Of a stretch of DNA of 64,000 nucleotides, positions 38,576 through 52,629 are shown one piece after another. Source of the DNA: Felis catus (taxonomy: Eukaryota); assembly GCF_018350175.1 (NCBI RefSeq), contig NC_058368.1, positions 129,582,001 to 129,646,000 of the forward strand. The letters are read 5' to 3'. The first letter of the stretch is position 1. Each line of letters begins with the position of its first letter. The notes under the pieces were generated by a model that worked only from the letters and a program-made list of their open reading frames with translations, had not been told where the DNA came from and did not search any database. The position numbers and the translations under genes are program-made.

Positions 38576-40276
38576 CTAGACAGCCACGAAAAGAAGGGAA
38601 GGTCATGGACTATAAACGTGGCTGTCAGGATTCACCCCTACCATGAAGGAGATATGTCTTAGAGAAGAGGCTTATGGACCGGAAAGAAGGTCTAATGGTA
38701 AATGCACTTTCACGTTGACTCTAAAGGACCATAAAGTACAGCTGAAGTGACTTTATGAAATGGCAAAGTAATGAGCAATTTTTTAGAAAAAAAAAAATAC
38801 TGGAATTGTGCCCGTTTCTGAAAACTTTTTCAAAGGGGCATCAGCATATATTCTCTACCGGGAAAGATAACTAATTTGGAAGTTAGAGGATCTGAGGACT
38901 GTTCCTGTCTCCACCAAACCAGCTCTATGAACAAATGTTGTAATCCCCTCACACGGTTTCCTCATCTCTAGCTGAGAAGTAGTAGTTGCTGTATTTGTGT
39001 CATAGGGCTAGACGAGAGGGCAATATACCACTGTACATATGGGAGAGTAGGAACTGGGAAGAGTTTGGGGTTCGGTGACTAATAATTACAGGTCACATAG
39101 GGACCTGGGACTACAAAGTTGGAGATAGGAAAGAAAACCAGTGGAACTGCCCCAGCCACCATCAGCCTTGTCTGTGGTCCTCTGGAGGAATGAAGCTGTG
39201 AATGCTCGAAGTCTCCCAAAGCCAGAGAAGTGCTTATGATTGTTAAGGTAGGACTTACAATCAGTAATGAAAACAAGGTTATCGCTTCTCCACCTTTTGG
39301 CTAAGATCAAGTGTAATAGTAAAAATAAGCTGGAGAACAATGTTCATGGTGAAATAGGAGCTCTCACTAATGCCCCCTGGATCTGAAAGGTGGCAAATCC
39401 AAGCCTGGTTTGTTGGGTCTAACCCTTTGTTTACCAAAGCGATTCACTGAGACTTTGCTGAGTTAAGGCTGGTTACTCTCACCCACGGTGTGGAGGGGCA
39501 GGGGCAGGAAAAGGCCAATCTTCTGGCAAATGCATCTTCCCAAGTTTGTTGTGAAGATCTGATAAGATTGTGGACATAAAAAGGCTTTAAAGACTGGAAA
39601 GAACTACACATATGTAAATTATTATAATCATGATGATTACAATGTCATAAGGGGAAACCATCGAATCAGTCACGCAAATGGGTGCACATCCTCAGCACCT
39701 AAAAGTTATCAAGCAGAGAGCCTGAAGCAATTTGATCATCTTCTTTTTCTTGTAAGTTCCTTCTCATTCAGCTCTTGTGGGTTTGTGCATCTATAAAATC
39801 AGAAGATATATTTGGCCTCAGGCTACTGCTTTCTCAGGTGAATGGAGGAAAGCCTTCTTTGATTTTTTGTATTCCAAATCTGTCATGAAAGGGAAAAGGT
39901 ATGTCTGTCTCTGAGACATACGCTACACTACCTACCAAGTGTTCCAGAGAAATGCCAAATGAGAGCTGGATTCTCATTTCTTCTTTGCGTTCTTTGCAGC
40001 CAGGATGGGGGATGTGTTCAAGAGGTGAAAGAGAGAGGAAGAGAGACAGACGGCAGAGGCTAAGGGCAGAGAGGGACATAGTCAGAGACAGAGATGAATG
40101 ATTCTGTGTATAGTGGGTTGTCATGAGGGAGGCTCAACAGAGTTTAAATAAAAGGACAACAGTCATTCCTGCATCTAAGTAATGTTACGGACCCTGAAGT
40201 ACCATTATCTTACATCCGAAACCAGGAAAGCAACATGTAAGAGGCACTTTCAGATAGCAACCTATACAACCTGTGA

Positions 40277-40383
40277 TTTTTATTAAGATTTTTTTTGGGT
40301 ACTCTCTACACACAAGATAGAGCTCGAACTTAGAACCCCAAAATCAAGTCACGTGCACCACTGACTGAGCCAACCAGGCACTG
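40277..40383 (-). mobile_element. Short CAN SINE
   Basis: ctcgaactt...ctgactgagccaaccaggca. Confidence 0.7.
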
Positions 40384-40529
40384 CTACAGCCTGAGATTTT
40401 AGGTCAAAGATAGCCATTTTTGAGCAGTGAACAGACTGAACCCCGGACTAGAAGACTGTGGTAAAGGATTATGGAAGTTTTTCCAGTCAGTTCATATGGG
40501 GTATAAGTAGAGATGGGAAAAGAGTCTTT

Positions 40530-40851
40530 TTATTTATTTTACTTTATTTTTAAGATTTTATTTTTTTAATGTTAATTTTCTTCTGAGAGAGCACACGTGA
40601 GGGACAGGTAGAGAGAGGGGGACAGAGGATCCAAAGCGGGTTCTGCACTGACAGCAGTGAGCCCAATGTGGGGCCCGAACTCACACACGGGAGATCATGA
40701 CCTAAGCTGAAGTGGGACACTCAACCAACTGTGCCACCCAGGTTCCCCTCAAGATTTTACTTTTAAGCAATCTCTACACCCAATGTGGGGCTTGAACTCA
40801 CAACCCCGAGATCAAGAGTTAAACGCTCCAACTGAGCCAACCAGGCGCCCC
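40530..40851 (-). mobile_element. Short CAN SINE with a longer SINE nested in its tail
   Basis: Outer repeat gaaaagagtctttt near 40517 and 40853; inner repeat aagatttta. Confidence 0.8.
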
Positions 40852-41305
40852 AGAAAAGAGTCTTTTTAAATGACAATAGAAGGGTGGATCCTTTGAAATT
40901 AGATAAAGTTTATACTTCATGAAATAAAAGATGATGGAAACTCCAAGACCTATGTCAAGCTTATACGCAATATTTTCCCTCTCTCTTTTAAACTTAACAC
41001 ATCACTCAGAAAAGTACTGCATGTTATAAAGTGAGGAGGCTAATAGGTACACAAGACCATTAGTTCCATTACATTATAGTGGTTACCTGTGTAAGACATG
41101 ACCCTGGCCCCAAGCAACATGCAGTAGACTTGAGGAAGTAAGAAAAACGCAACAGGAGATTATCCATATCAATATTTAGCATACCATATGCCTGGCACAG
41201 AGTGCGGATTCCGAGAGGATCAGACGTTAGTTTCATTATGGTTGTTACTGTTCATTTAAGATTACTCTGAGATGCATAAGAATGATGTTAAGAAAAAAAT
41301 CCTCT

Positions 41306-41544
41306 GGGGTGCCTGGGTGGCTCAGTCGGTTAAGTGTCCAACTTCGGCTCAGGTCATGATCTCGCAGTTTGTAGGTTCAAGCCCCGCATTTGACTCTGTG
41401 CTGACAACTCAGAGCCTGAAGCCTGCTTTGGATTCTGTGTCTCCCTTTCTCTCTGCCCCTACCCTGCTCATGCTATGTGTGTCTCTCTCTCTGTCTCTCA
41501 AAAATAAGTAAACATTACAAAAAAGTTAAAAAAAAAAAAAAAAA
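41306..41544 (+). mobile_element. CAN SINE
   Basis: Head, CT tract, A tail. Confidence 0.9.
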
Positions 41545-42008
41545 GAAGAAGAAGAAAGAAACACATCCTCACTGGTTACATTGTCACTGTCCACCTTCTT
41601 CCTAGCCCATGTAGGGGACCAGGACATCTTGACAATGAGCCAGTGCCCAAGGGTGATCTCCAGGGCCAGAAGGATAGGGGCTAGACATCTATCTACTAGA
41701 GGCTGTCTGGAACATGAAAAGTCAGAATGGGGAGACCAAGCCAAGGCCTCAAGAAATGCCAAGAGTCAAAACCAGGGAATGGGGGCCAAAAGCCAAATCC
41801 AAACACTGCTGGTGAGCAGGAGAAGAAGACTTGGCTCAGGAGCCAGGTAGAGTCCACAGTAGAAAGGAAGCCAATTTGGAGCAAATCAAGGAGGATCCCA
41901 GGAGGTTGTCCAAAACAGTGCTGGAATAACCTTTTATAGGCCATTGGGCATGGCTATTTAACTATCACAGAGCTAAAGAGCCAGGACCCACAAACAATAC
42001 TGTAGGAA

Positions 42009-42014
<6 letters not shown>

Positions 42015-42049
<35 letters not shown>

Positions 42050-42057
42050 AAGAAAGA
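42015..42057. repeat. (GA)n/(GAAA)n
   Basis: Direct reading. Confidence 0.9.
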
Positions 42058-42822
42058 GTTGATGGAACCAAAGAAAAGAAATCACGATTTGTTACTGAAT
42101 GTAAAGAGAATATTACAGATTGGAAAAGAGGAAGAGGCAACATTTGCCAGTTCTTACCTGTAAGTTTATAAATTAAAAGCAGAGGAAACCTTTTCTATTA
42201 GGCTCCTTATTTGTAAGTAGGGTATGCTGACTGGTAGTTCTGTGTTTATCTGCACTTCCTAAAATGCTGGCCTTTTATTCAAACTCACTAGATTCATAGT
42301 AATGGCCATTCTAGACCTTATGTCCAAAAAACATGACTCTTCTTAAGATAAACAAGAATGATAAATAGGAAAATAATCTTACAAAGTTATCCTAAAAAAA
42401 TTAAAATGCATGTAACTTATTATACTTTATAGTTACACTTTTAAATATTAGGATTATGACTCATTTCCTTATTTTCCTCACCCCTTCTCTTAGCTCTTAG
42501 CTCCTTCTCACAGGAGTGGCAGGGAAAGAGGAAGCTTTGTGTCAGAAGACTTTAGATTAAGGTCTGGTTCTATCTAGCTCTGTGACCTTGGGAAGTCACT
42601 TAGTGTTTCCAAATATATGAAATGAGAGTGATGATACATGTCCTTACTACATAAAGGAGCGAATGTGTGCAGTGGATGAGAATATATACTGAAGAGTGTT
42701 ACAAAGTGTGCAAAGTCCTACACAGGTAATAAGCCTATTTCAGAGGTCACAGAACTATAGTTGGAAGGGAACTTAATACCATCCTGTCCTAAGACTCTCA
42801 TACCTTTGAAGGTGAAGGACTT

Positions 42823-43195
42823 TGTCTCGGTCATTTCAGGCTGCCATAATGAAGTACCAAGACTTGGTGGCTTATAAACAACAGGCATTGGTTTTTCACA
42901 CTTCTAGGGCCTGGAAGTTCAAGCTCAAGATGCCAGCATAGTTGAGTTCTGGGGATGGCCCTCTTCCAGCTTGCAGACTGCCCCCTTCTGCCTTTTCGTG
43001 GTACCCTCAAAAGGTGGGAAGAGAGCAAGAGAGCTCTCCAGGCTCCTGTTACAAGGGCACTACCCATTTGTAAGGGCTCCAACTTCATGACCTACTCACC
43101 CCCCAAAGGTCCCACCTCCTAATACCATCACTTTAGGGGTGAATATTTCAACATGTGAATTTGGCGGGGGGGGACACAAATATTCAGTCCATGAC
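42823..43195 (-). mobile_element. MLT1A-like solo LTR
   Basis: ggctgccataa...ggtggcttataaacaacagg...attcagtccatgaca. Confidence 0.8.
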
Positions 43196-43658
43196 ACACA
43201 TTTTCGTCAAATAAAGTCATATATAACAAATAAAAACAAGAGCTGTTCTAATAAGACAAGGAACAGGAGGTACCACATCTCAGCTAGATTTCTGTCACAC
43301 TGGGCCCCCTCCCCACAGCCCCACCTCTACCACTGGAGAGGAGAGGACAGGAGGATGTGGCCTTAGGTATTACTCAGTGCACAAATTTTAAAACCCACCC
43401 ATCTATTCCAAACCTCTTAAGTTATAATTGAGGAAACTGAGGTCACAGAATGGGTTACAATCTGTCCTGCTATAAAGTGTTTCTAAAACAATTAGCTTAT
43501 ACATGCTTCCTGACATCAGGAAAATGTAGATATTATGTTAGTTTATATATGTTTTTTCTTACGCAAGGGGAGCCAGAGTATCAGGAGAAAATAAAAGGGA
43601 AAGCCCTCAGTTTAGCTGCTGTACAGGCAGGAGCCCTTTTTAGCTCTATTTGAAATGT

Positions 43659-43692
43659 ATGAATGAATGAATGAATGAATGAATGAATGAAT
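43659..43692. repeat. (GAAT)n
   Basis: Direct reading. Confidence 0.9.
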
Positions 43693-43909
43693 CAGATGTA
43701 CCTGTGTGGCTCTCAGCTTGTGACAGGCTACACTTGTTCTTGTGCCCACCTTGATAGCAGCCCCACTAGCTCAGACTTGTGCTTCCATCTATATTATCTC
43801 AAAGCCTCCAAAGTCAGTATTTCTACTCTGTTAATTTTGTGCTTTAATAATATTCTCTGGTGTAGTCTCTGGCCACACTGAATGCCTGAGTTTTGCCAAG
43901 CATCTACAC

Positions 43910-44277
43910 AGGTTCTACCATAACAAAATAACTTAGGCTAGGTGGTGTAAACAACAGAAATTAATTTTTTTCACAGCTCTGAAGGCTAGAAGTCCAAGAT
44001 CAAGGTGCCAGCAGAGTTGGTATCTGGTGAGTCCTGGCTTCCAGATGGCCATCTTTTCACTATGTTCTCATGGAGAGAAAGAATGCAAGCTCTCTGGTGT
44101 CTCTTCCTCTTTTCTTAATGACACCAGTCCTTATAGCATTAGGACGCCACCCTTATAACCTCATTTAACCTTAATTGCCTCCTTAAAGGCCATATCTCCA
44201 AATGCTCACATTGGAACTTAGGACTTCAGCATACGGATGGGCGTGGGGTAGGGGGAGGAGACAATTCAGTCCATAAG
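43910..44277 (-). mobile_element. MLT1A/B-like solo LTR
   Basis: aaacaacagaaattaatt...gaaggctagaagtccaagatcaaggtgccagcag...aattcagtccata. Confidence 0.8.
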
Positions 44278-44349
44278 AGGCATTGTTAGCATTCTTGTTA
44301 GTGTTACATCAGGTATTGTTGGTCTATCCCTCACTCTGTATTTCCCATA

Positions 44350-44920
44350 AGGCTGAAAAGATAGATTTTAATGCTTAGTGTTGGTAAAAATATGGAGAAA
44401 TAACCACTCCCTTACATTTCCCATGATAAAATAAAATTGGCACAACCTTTACGTGTGGAAATTTAACAATACGTATCAAAAGCCTAAAAATTCTGCATAT
44501 CCCTTGACTCAGACATTCTCTTCCTAGTCATTCATCCTAAAAAAATCAACCTGTAGCTTCCAGAATATTTACCATAACATTCGAATTTGGAAAAACTGGA
44601 AGTACTGTAAATGTTTAACAATAGGGGACTGATATATCACTTGATGAAATTCTGTAAAGCTATTAGGATAATAATATGGAGCATGGACCATGGAAACACA
44701 CACTTAATACCATAAGTGAATAAAAGCGAATTTTAAATTATGTAACATATCCCATATGATTCCTTTTTTACTAAAATATTACACTGTAGGTTTTAGGTAT
44801 ACTTAGAAGAAATGTTAAAACATTACCTCCGGGTGCTAAGACTAAGGCTGACATTTATTTTATCCTTTCTGTTTCCTCTTATTTTCCACAATGAAAAAGC
44901 AACACATTTATAAAAAAAAA
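44350..44920 (+). mobile_element. Old L1 (L1ME-like) 3' fragment
   Basis: agtgttggtaaaaatatggagaaa...aaattggcacaacc...aaatgtttaacaatagggg. Confidence 0.6.
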
Positions 44921-45076
44921 AAACTTATGTGTAAATATTTACATAGAGATACATATATAGGTATATATGCACCCACATACATATGCACACACACACTTGT
45001 GTTTAAACTGTTAGAGGAATAGGAACCCTAAGGTAAATTAGTACTTTTATTTCAAATGATCATGTGCATCCATCAC

Positions 45077-45238
45077 CCATTTCATAGAATCCTCTGCATG
45101 CTATGAATTCCCTGGAGAATCTTCTCCTTCTTTCAATTGAAGAAGCAGCAAAGGGATTACAGCAATAACAAAAGTCTATTTCCAAACAAATAGTCCTCGT
45201 TAGACAACCAATCACCTCATCTTCCCTTATTTTCCATC
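45077..45238 (-). pseudogene. Candidate decayed exon (162 nt)
   Basis: Strong acceptor ttcctcttttctttccttgatttttgaaag|G, weaker donor ATGG|gtgatg. One frame is fully open (WKIREDEVIG...RRRRFSREFIACRGFYEM); the phase-2 frame has 4 stops. Confidence 0.4.
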
Positions 45239-46331
45239 CTTTCAAAAATCAAGGAAAGAAAAGAGGAACCAATACAGCTTAACAGTAACACTTTCTTAAC
45301 AAATTCTTTTCTGCTGTTTTCCACGTGTTCGGTAGCTTGAGAGGCCAAGGAATATCCGTAGGACTGTTCTGAAAGGTGATTTTAAACATCAGCATCATTC
45401 TTGTCAAGTAAAGATAGCATTTCCTTGGGAGACTTGAATGGTTCCCTGAGAGTGGTTCAGGTCTCTGAGCCAAATATGTATCTAGGCACTGTGGTGGGGA
45501 GTATTTGCCAGTGAGGATATCAATGCCCAGGTACACATGCACTATGTGTTTTGCTACAAATGTTTTCCCAGTAAACAAGAGTTCAGCCATCAAAAGAAAG
45601 GGAATGCTAATTTTAAATCAATTAAATTCAAACAGAAAGGCTTCCTTTGGGTATAGTTGCCTTTTTAGTAAGCACACTAATTTTGGAGACTTGTAGTATT
45701 TACCCACAAATTGGTTTTGAAGGATCTGTGGCATTGAGAAGTTGAAGTCGAACTAGTCTCTCCTGCAGCTCCTTCCCAGTCCATGAATTATTGAGGGTGG
45801 AATTTAATGGGGCCATTATTGTTCATCACTCTGCTCTGGTCGATACAAATGCATGCTCTATCATTGTTGCATAATAGAGCATCCGTATGTAAGGTTCACG
45901 GACATGAAAGGGGATGCCCAGGAAATCAGGAATCACATGGTTTTGTGGATCCCTCTTCCAGTCCCATTAGGACCACTAAACAGAAGGAAATACATCAGCT
46001 GTTGGCCAAGATATCAATCTGGAAAGGAGAATGGACTCTGGATCTGGGATCTGTCCAAAGTGAAGCAGACCCAGCACTAGACCTCACTTAAAAATGTACC
46101 TCTGGCCTTGAGTGGCCTCTGTGGCCACATGGGAAGGGAGAAGTAGCAGAGCTTGAATCCCTGCCGGTCCAGCTCAATCTAAGGGAGGATCATGGTTTGG
46201 AGCGTACAGAGAGGAAAATAGTTGGATCAGTTCCACCAAATGAAACGGCTCCCAGAAATGACAACTGCAGCCCGGCATGTGAAACAAACAGATCAAAGGT
46301 GGTACAAGAATTCCTGCAAATGATTGCTCAC

Positions 46332-46592
46332 CTTCCAATTCATGAGTCACTTAACATCCAGTGTTTGGGGTTTAGATTTGCTGTCATTGTTTTTATTGTT
46401 GTCTGGGGTGAGTTATTGGATTGAAAGCAATTTGGATATTGTCTCTCTCCACGGGGTTCTGCAGCCAAAAAGAGATTGATGAAAAGCAGGGGTTTGGGGC
46501 CAGTGATTCCAACACAGCTTTCCTCAGAGCAATACAAATGATAAGGCTGTTACTTGGGAAAACAACAGTCTGTAAGAGTGATTTCATTGTCT
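46332..46592 (-). pseudogene. Candidate decayed exon (261 nt, phase 2-2)
   Basis: Acceptor cccacccttccccatcag|A and donor GGAAG|gtgagc; reads DNEITLTDCCFPK*QPYHLYCSEESC...MLSDS*IG with 2 stops. Confidence 0.5.
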
Positions 46593-47699
46593 CTGATGGG
46601 GAAGGGTGGGCATAAACATTAAGTACAGTTCATGACTTTGGGGAATGACGGATGATAGGATGGCACAGAGTCTTGTTTCCTCATAAGGATTCCTCAATGT
46701 TTGCAAAAGCCATATTTTTGTACGGTTCAGGAAGCAGCAAGACAACTTGGCGGTCATCCTTGACATTGGTACAACACTTTAAATTTTACCAAACACTTTA
46801 GTATACATCATCACAATCAATTCTCAAACTCACACCCTAACTAGGAGGACAAGCACTCCTATTTTAGTAATGAAGAAATGAAGGTTCAGGGAGGTAAATG
46901 ACCAGCCTCAGTTTACCCAGTCAAAAATGTTCCTTCCGATCTACCACCATGCCCACTCATAGAGTGGATGTCAGGAGACTGAACATCCATTATTTGTTTC
47001 TAACCAACTATTTCATGAACATGTATTATATCTCAGTTCCCTTTCTATACTGCAGGATTATTAATAATCATGTAACAATACTTATTTTAAAATAAGAGTT
47101 GTATTACTGAAACCTGGAAACATTTTTTAGAAGCCCATCAGAATAAATTAGAAGCTTCAAGTAATTTCTTAACCCATTGGGTAAGCTCCATTTGAATCCA
47201 ACAAGAACAGCAACCATCAGCTGAAAGATGGTCCTCCCAACAAGCCCTCAATTTTGAACCACGATCTCAATGTAAGATGCTCCAACTATATTCTAAGAGA
47301 AGAGCAATATCATCTCAATCTTGGATTTATGTTCACAAATATTTTTGCAAACATTATTCAGAAATAATAACACTAGTCTGCTTTTTTGGGTTGCGTTAGC
47401 AACAACCAAGTATTTTTACGTACGTGATTTGATTTGATCCTCATTCCCCCCTTGAAGACAGGTGAAGATGAGCGTTCTTACCATCTGCCACTGGAGCCCC
47501 ATTGGGAAGGGGGGCACACTAAGACTGAGAGAGGGCACATGTCGCCCCAGGAACATGCATCAGATCACTTGAAGCTTGCAAACCTGAGTTTGAATCGTAT
47601 GTCCACCACTTGCTGGTGTAAAGGCCTTGTTGCAAGTTTCTGAATCTCTCTGAGCTCAAGGAAAACCATAGTGAACTTACAAGACAGGCCAGTTACTTA

Positions 47700-48229
47700 C
47701 CTGCTCTTTCTCAGTTGTGCACCCACCCTCCCCATTGAGCTGTGTGAGGCTAGAGCTAGAAACCTATAGCCCACTGCTCTCAGACTCCCTCACCAGTGAC
47801 TTCCTATTAGTTTCTGGCAGTAGCAAGCGCAGGTCTGATATCAGAGGGTAGAAGCAGAGGAGAAGCTGTTGTACTTTGTTGGTTTGCCAGCATCTCTGGC
47901 AGTGGCTGTTTCCTTCTGTAGTTCTAGTTCCTACAATGGGGCTTCTCCCCATTAGCTTCTCTGTGGTCCTAGTCCATTAGCAGGTGGGCTCCAGGACTCT
48001 GCCACCTTGATCTTCTCTCTTTTGTTCCCCTAGCCCTGGAAGTAGGACTGATTCCTGAAGCTACTAGTTTCGGGGAATGACCTCTTCTTTCTAATTGTTC
48101 CCCCAGCACATAATCCTCCCGTTTGTTTTTATAACCCATCCAAAACATATATAACCAATTTCTTGTATTAAACTTCTTGGAAATACCTAAATTGGGCTCT
48201 ATTTTCTTATATCCATCCTGACTGACACA
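47700..48229 (+). mobile_element. Old ERVL-type LTR (LTR16/33-like)
   Basis: Ends ...gaaatacctaaattgggctctattttc...cctgactgacaca. Confidence 0.5.
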
Positions 48230-48699
48230 CAAAAGAACCCAGCACAAGAACTGCCACATAGCTAATGTGTAAACGTCAAACAATTAAAAATAAAAAGGCT
48301 TGCCAATGTTTCATGTTGGGTACCACAAATGGAATGTACTCCCCCAGTGCCCTACCCCTGGAGCTTTGCGTTAGGTGTGATAGCTATATGGGAATTGTCT
48401 CCACTTGCAGATTGCTTCCAAATACCTAAAAGTTTAAGATTTTTAAATGATGCATGCACCAATTTAATGTAATCTCCAAAACAGGGATGATAAAAGTACT
48501 GACCTACCTCATAGAGCTGGTTGGAACAAGTAATTAGCTCTCATAAAAACACTTCAACCACCTAAAGTACCTCATAAAAGTTTATTATGAGTAGTAATGC
48601 TAATAGTTAAACATATAATGATGGGCACCAAATGGGCACGCTCCACAAACTGATGGTGTGTTAAATTCTCTTTACGATCTCACTGTTGTTTAGCAGTTC

Positions 48700-48930
48700 A
48701 TATGTTGAGAGCTCTTCACAGCTGTAAATTAGTTAATCCCCATGACACTCACTCCTGAGAGATAGGTCAGTATGATTTTCCATTACTATGGCAACAAATC
48801 CTATGTAAATGTCCAATGATAGAAGTCGAAGATGAGAAACAAGAAAGGTTAAGTGACTTGTTCAAGGCCACACATCAAGTAGGTGGCAGGGTCAGCTTTA
48901 AAATGCAGAAGAGCTGACCCCAAAGCACAC
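48700..48930 (-). mobile_element. MIR
   Basis: ggttaagtgacttgttcaaggccacac. Confidence 0.65.
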
Positions 48931-49099
48931 ACCAGTCCACCTGGTCAGCACTGAGGGGATCACTGACATTCATTTGCTTAGAAATTTGGTGAAACAGAAA
49001 ATATCAATATGGTCTATATCTTGGAACAAAATATGAACAATTACAGTGTGCAGGCATATAATTAAATGACTGTATTTTGTTAGTCCATCAATGACAGGC

Positions 49100-49350
49100 A
49101 GTAGCAGGAAGGGCAGCATGAATTCTAAAGCCAGACCTTTCGAATTCATACCCCACCTCAGCCTCTGTCCCATACTCGCTGCACAAACTTGGTCAAGCTA
49201 CTTGACTGCTCTGAACCTCAGTTTCAAAACCTAATAGTGGTAAAATGAAGCTAATAATAGGATCTACTTCACATGGTTATTGTGAGGATTTAATGAAAAG
49301 CACTTAGAACAAGTAGATAATACGCTTTCAATAATTGTCAGCTATATTAG
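49100..49350 (+). mobile_element. MIR
   Basis: ctctgaacctcagtttc...ggttattgtgaggatt. Confidence 0.7.
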
Positions 49351-50096
49351 ATAGATGGACCCCATTACGGAAGAAATATTTATTGCTTTCCAACAATGTT
49401 GTATCAAGTACAGAGATGCTTAGGAGACAGACCCTGCCTTCAATGAGCTTTCAGTATAACAGGTTTGTACAGTGTGTAACTTGCCACACAATCTAAGGGG
49501 ACATCCTTCTGATATGGTACCATTAATCGTTCAAGCAAGGCCACATGTTTTCAAAGCAAATGATGTCATTCCTCAGTTCTCTGACAGGGAGTACTCAGTC
49601 TGCTCCTTTCCTTGCCTGCCCTTGTGTTTCTCTTGTCATTTAACTAACTTTATTTACACTTGTGTAAAAAGGCAGAACACGAACTGTCCCTGAAAGGTTC
49701 CACGTGTTAAAGAGAGTGCCATGGGTGTTCAAGGAAATAGGTTCATTTCTGGCTGAAGTGGTTAGGCAAGAGGTGGGACTTGAACTTGCTCTTAAAAGAT
49801 AAGTCTGGTTTTAAAACCCAAAGACGGCTGTGCCATTTGGTGGGGGAGGTCGGGAGAGTGGATCAAGGGAGTGGGTGGGCAGACAGGATCAATAGGAAAC
49901 CAGACCTTAACAAAGGAAGAATGGAAGAATGTTTATTGAACACCTGTTATGATCCAGTAACTATGTCTGCACCTTACAATACTTAACAGAGGTCACATAA
50001 CTGATAAATGACCCTACTGGGACCCACATCAATTCACCTCTTTCAAGTATGAGGCAATGCAAAAGAAGCATTGATGACCTTAAGAGTGGAAAGCCT

Positions 50097-50310
50097 GGGG
50101 GTGCCTGGGTGGCTCAGTCAGCTCAGGACTTTGGCTCAGGTCATGATCTCACAGTTTGTGAGTTCAAGCCCCACATCGGGCTCTATGTTGACAGCTCAGA
50201 GCCTGGAGCCTGCTTCGGATTCTGTGTCTCCCTCTCTCTCTGCCCTTCCCTGCTCGCACTCTGTCTCTGTTTCTCTCAGAAATAAATAAATGTTAAAAAA
50301 AATTTTTTTA
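50097..50310 (+). mobile_element. CAN SINE
   Basis: TSD aagagtgga(a/g)agcct on both sides. Confidence 0.9.
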
Positions 50311-50674
50311 AAGAGTGGAGAGCCTGACACAAAGTGGAACTTTTTGTGAGATTACTCTGGGTATAGTATTTAGGGAGATTGAACAGGCAGTCTAGGAGAA
50401 GCCAGATAAGGAAATTTATAGCATGTGAGGAGGGAGGAAAGCTGGAATAGAATGGTGATGTCAGACTGGAAGGGAAGGGGTGGATGGGAGAGCTGCCTAG
50501 TGACTCAAAGCTCTCTCTGCATAATAGAATCACCAGGAGATAGATTTAGAACTAATGATACATAAATTCACTGACTGTGGTATACACAGTACATGGGTAT
50601 CAAAGGTACCCTTTAACACTTACGCTAAAAAGAAACCAGATATAAAGAGTTAATTAAAAATGGAGAGCTAAGGG

Positions 50675-51370
50675 CATTTTTTATTATGATAAAAACATAT
50701 ATAAAATTTGCCATCTTAAGTATGTTTAAGTTTGCAGTTCGCTTGTGTTAAGTACATTTACCTTCTTGTGAAATAGATCTTTAGAACCTTTTCGTCTTGC
50801 AGAACTGTAATTCCATAGCCATTGAACAACAGCTATCCAGCCCCTGGTAACCACCATTCTACCTGCTACATCTATGAATCTGACTGCTTTGCATACCTCA
50901 GATAAGTGGAATTACATAGTCCTTGTCCTTTTGTGACTGGCTTGTCTCACCTGGCATAATGCATCATAATTCACCCATGTTACAGCATGTAACAGAATTT
51001 CAACTTTTGTAAGAGTACATAGTAGTATTCCATTGAATGTCAGGCATATCACATCTTGTTCATCCATTCAATTGTCGGAATGTTTGGGTTGCTTCCATCT
51101 CTTACCTATCACGAGTGGTGCTGCCATGAACATGGTTATGTAAATATCTATTCAAGACCTTCCTTTCAGTTCTTGTGGGTATATACCCAGAAGTGGGAAT
51201 TCTGGATCATATGCTTGTTCAATTTTTAATTTTTTTAGCGGCTTCCACACTGTTTTTCAGAGTCGTTGCACCCTTTCACAGTCCCACCAACAATGCACAA
51301 CTTCTCCATATCCCTGCCAACACTTACAGTGTTCTGGGTTTTTAATAGTAGCTACCCTAAAGGGTGTCAC
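50675..51370 (-). mobile_element. L1MA/MB-like 3' fragment
   Basis: aaaatttgccatctta...cccctggtaaccaccattct...gggtatatacccagaagtgggaat. Confidence 0.75.
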
Positions 51371-51402
51371 TAGGAGCAATTTCTTAAAGGTATAAGCACA
51401 AA

Positions 51403-51612
51403 GGGGCACCTGGGTATCTTAGTTAAGCATCTGATTTCAGCTCAGGTCATGATCTCGTGGTTAGCATGTTCGAGCCCCACATCAGGGTCTGTGATGACAG
51501 CTCATAGCTGGAGCCTGCTTCAAATTCTGTGTCTCCATCTCTCTCTCTGCCCCTCCCCTACTCATTTTCTGTCTCTCAAAAATTAATAAATGTTAAAAAA
51601 ATTAAATAAAAA
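51403..51612 (+). mobile_element. CAN SINE
   Basis: Head, CT tract, A tail. Confidence 0.88.
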
Positions 51613-52087
51613 ACATGTGAGTTCAAAAATAATTTCTGAAACAAAACTATTTATCATCCTAAATACCAAAATAGTTTTGAAACGAATGAAAACAAATTGT
51701 ATAGAGAAGCAGCAAATCTAACATAAACATAAACATAATAATAATAACAAAAAATAATATGGCAGAGTTGAGACCATCAACTGTATCGGTAAATATGTAT
51801 AATAAACCTTAATTCACTTGTTAGAAGATTCTCTATCTGGGTCACAAAGCAAGACCCATGTATATGCTCTACTCAGGAAATGCAATACAAAGGAATTCAC
51901 AAAAGCTGAAAAGAAAGGAACGAGCAAAACTTTTCTAGGCAAGTGGAAACAATAAAAAAGGAGGTTTGCACTCCTGATATCATCACATATATTCCCCGGG
52001 GGTGGAGGGCAGGCAGAGCAAACTGCATTGTGTCTATGTTAAATCCCTTATTCGGGTAATGTCACTGTGGTCATGAAAGAGAATATT

Positions 52088-52282
52088 CTTTTTTTTTTTA
52101 ATGTTTATTTATTTATGAGAGAGAGAGAGAGAGCTAGGGAGGGGCAGAAAGAGAGGGAGGCAGAGAGGCAGGCTCTGTGCTGTCAGCTCAGAGTTGGACC
52201 TGGGGCTCGAACCCAAGAAGCATGAGATCATGACCTGAGCTGAAGTTGGGATGCTTAACTACCTGAGCCACCCAGGCTCCCC
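52088..52282 (-). mobile_element. CAN SINE within an old L1 fragment
   Basis: Flanked by agagaatatt repeats. Confidence 0.85.
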
Positions 52283-52629
52283 AGAGAATATTATGAATTT
52301 TAGGAAGTACATACGGAAGGACTTTTAGGGATAAAGGACTCACTCTCAAAAGATTCAGAAAAAAATTGAGAGAATGATAAAGAAAATGGTGCAGCATGGC
52401 TTCTTGCACCTTTTTGACAAGTAGGAAATTTTACCAACATAAAGATTTTTTTAATAATAATAATAATAATATGTAGCTCTAACTCCCTGGAACTTTGAAT
52501 TCTCTTAGCCGCAAAATGGAGCCAAGACCATGATATTTTTTAAAACTTGCCAGGGAATTCTAACGTGCGTTCAGAGTTGAGAGCCAATGTAGCAATCAAT
52601 CCATGGCATTCAATCACTGGATGGATGGA

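Noticed and set aside
39838..39990. Exon-like signals on both strands
   Set aside because: Short, phases do not fit the chain, no protein support.
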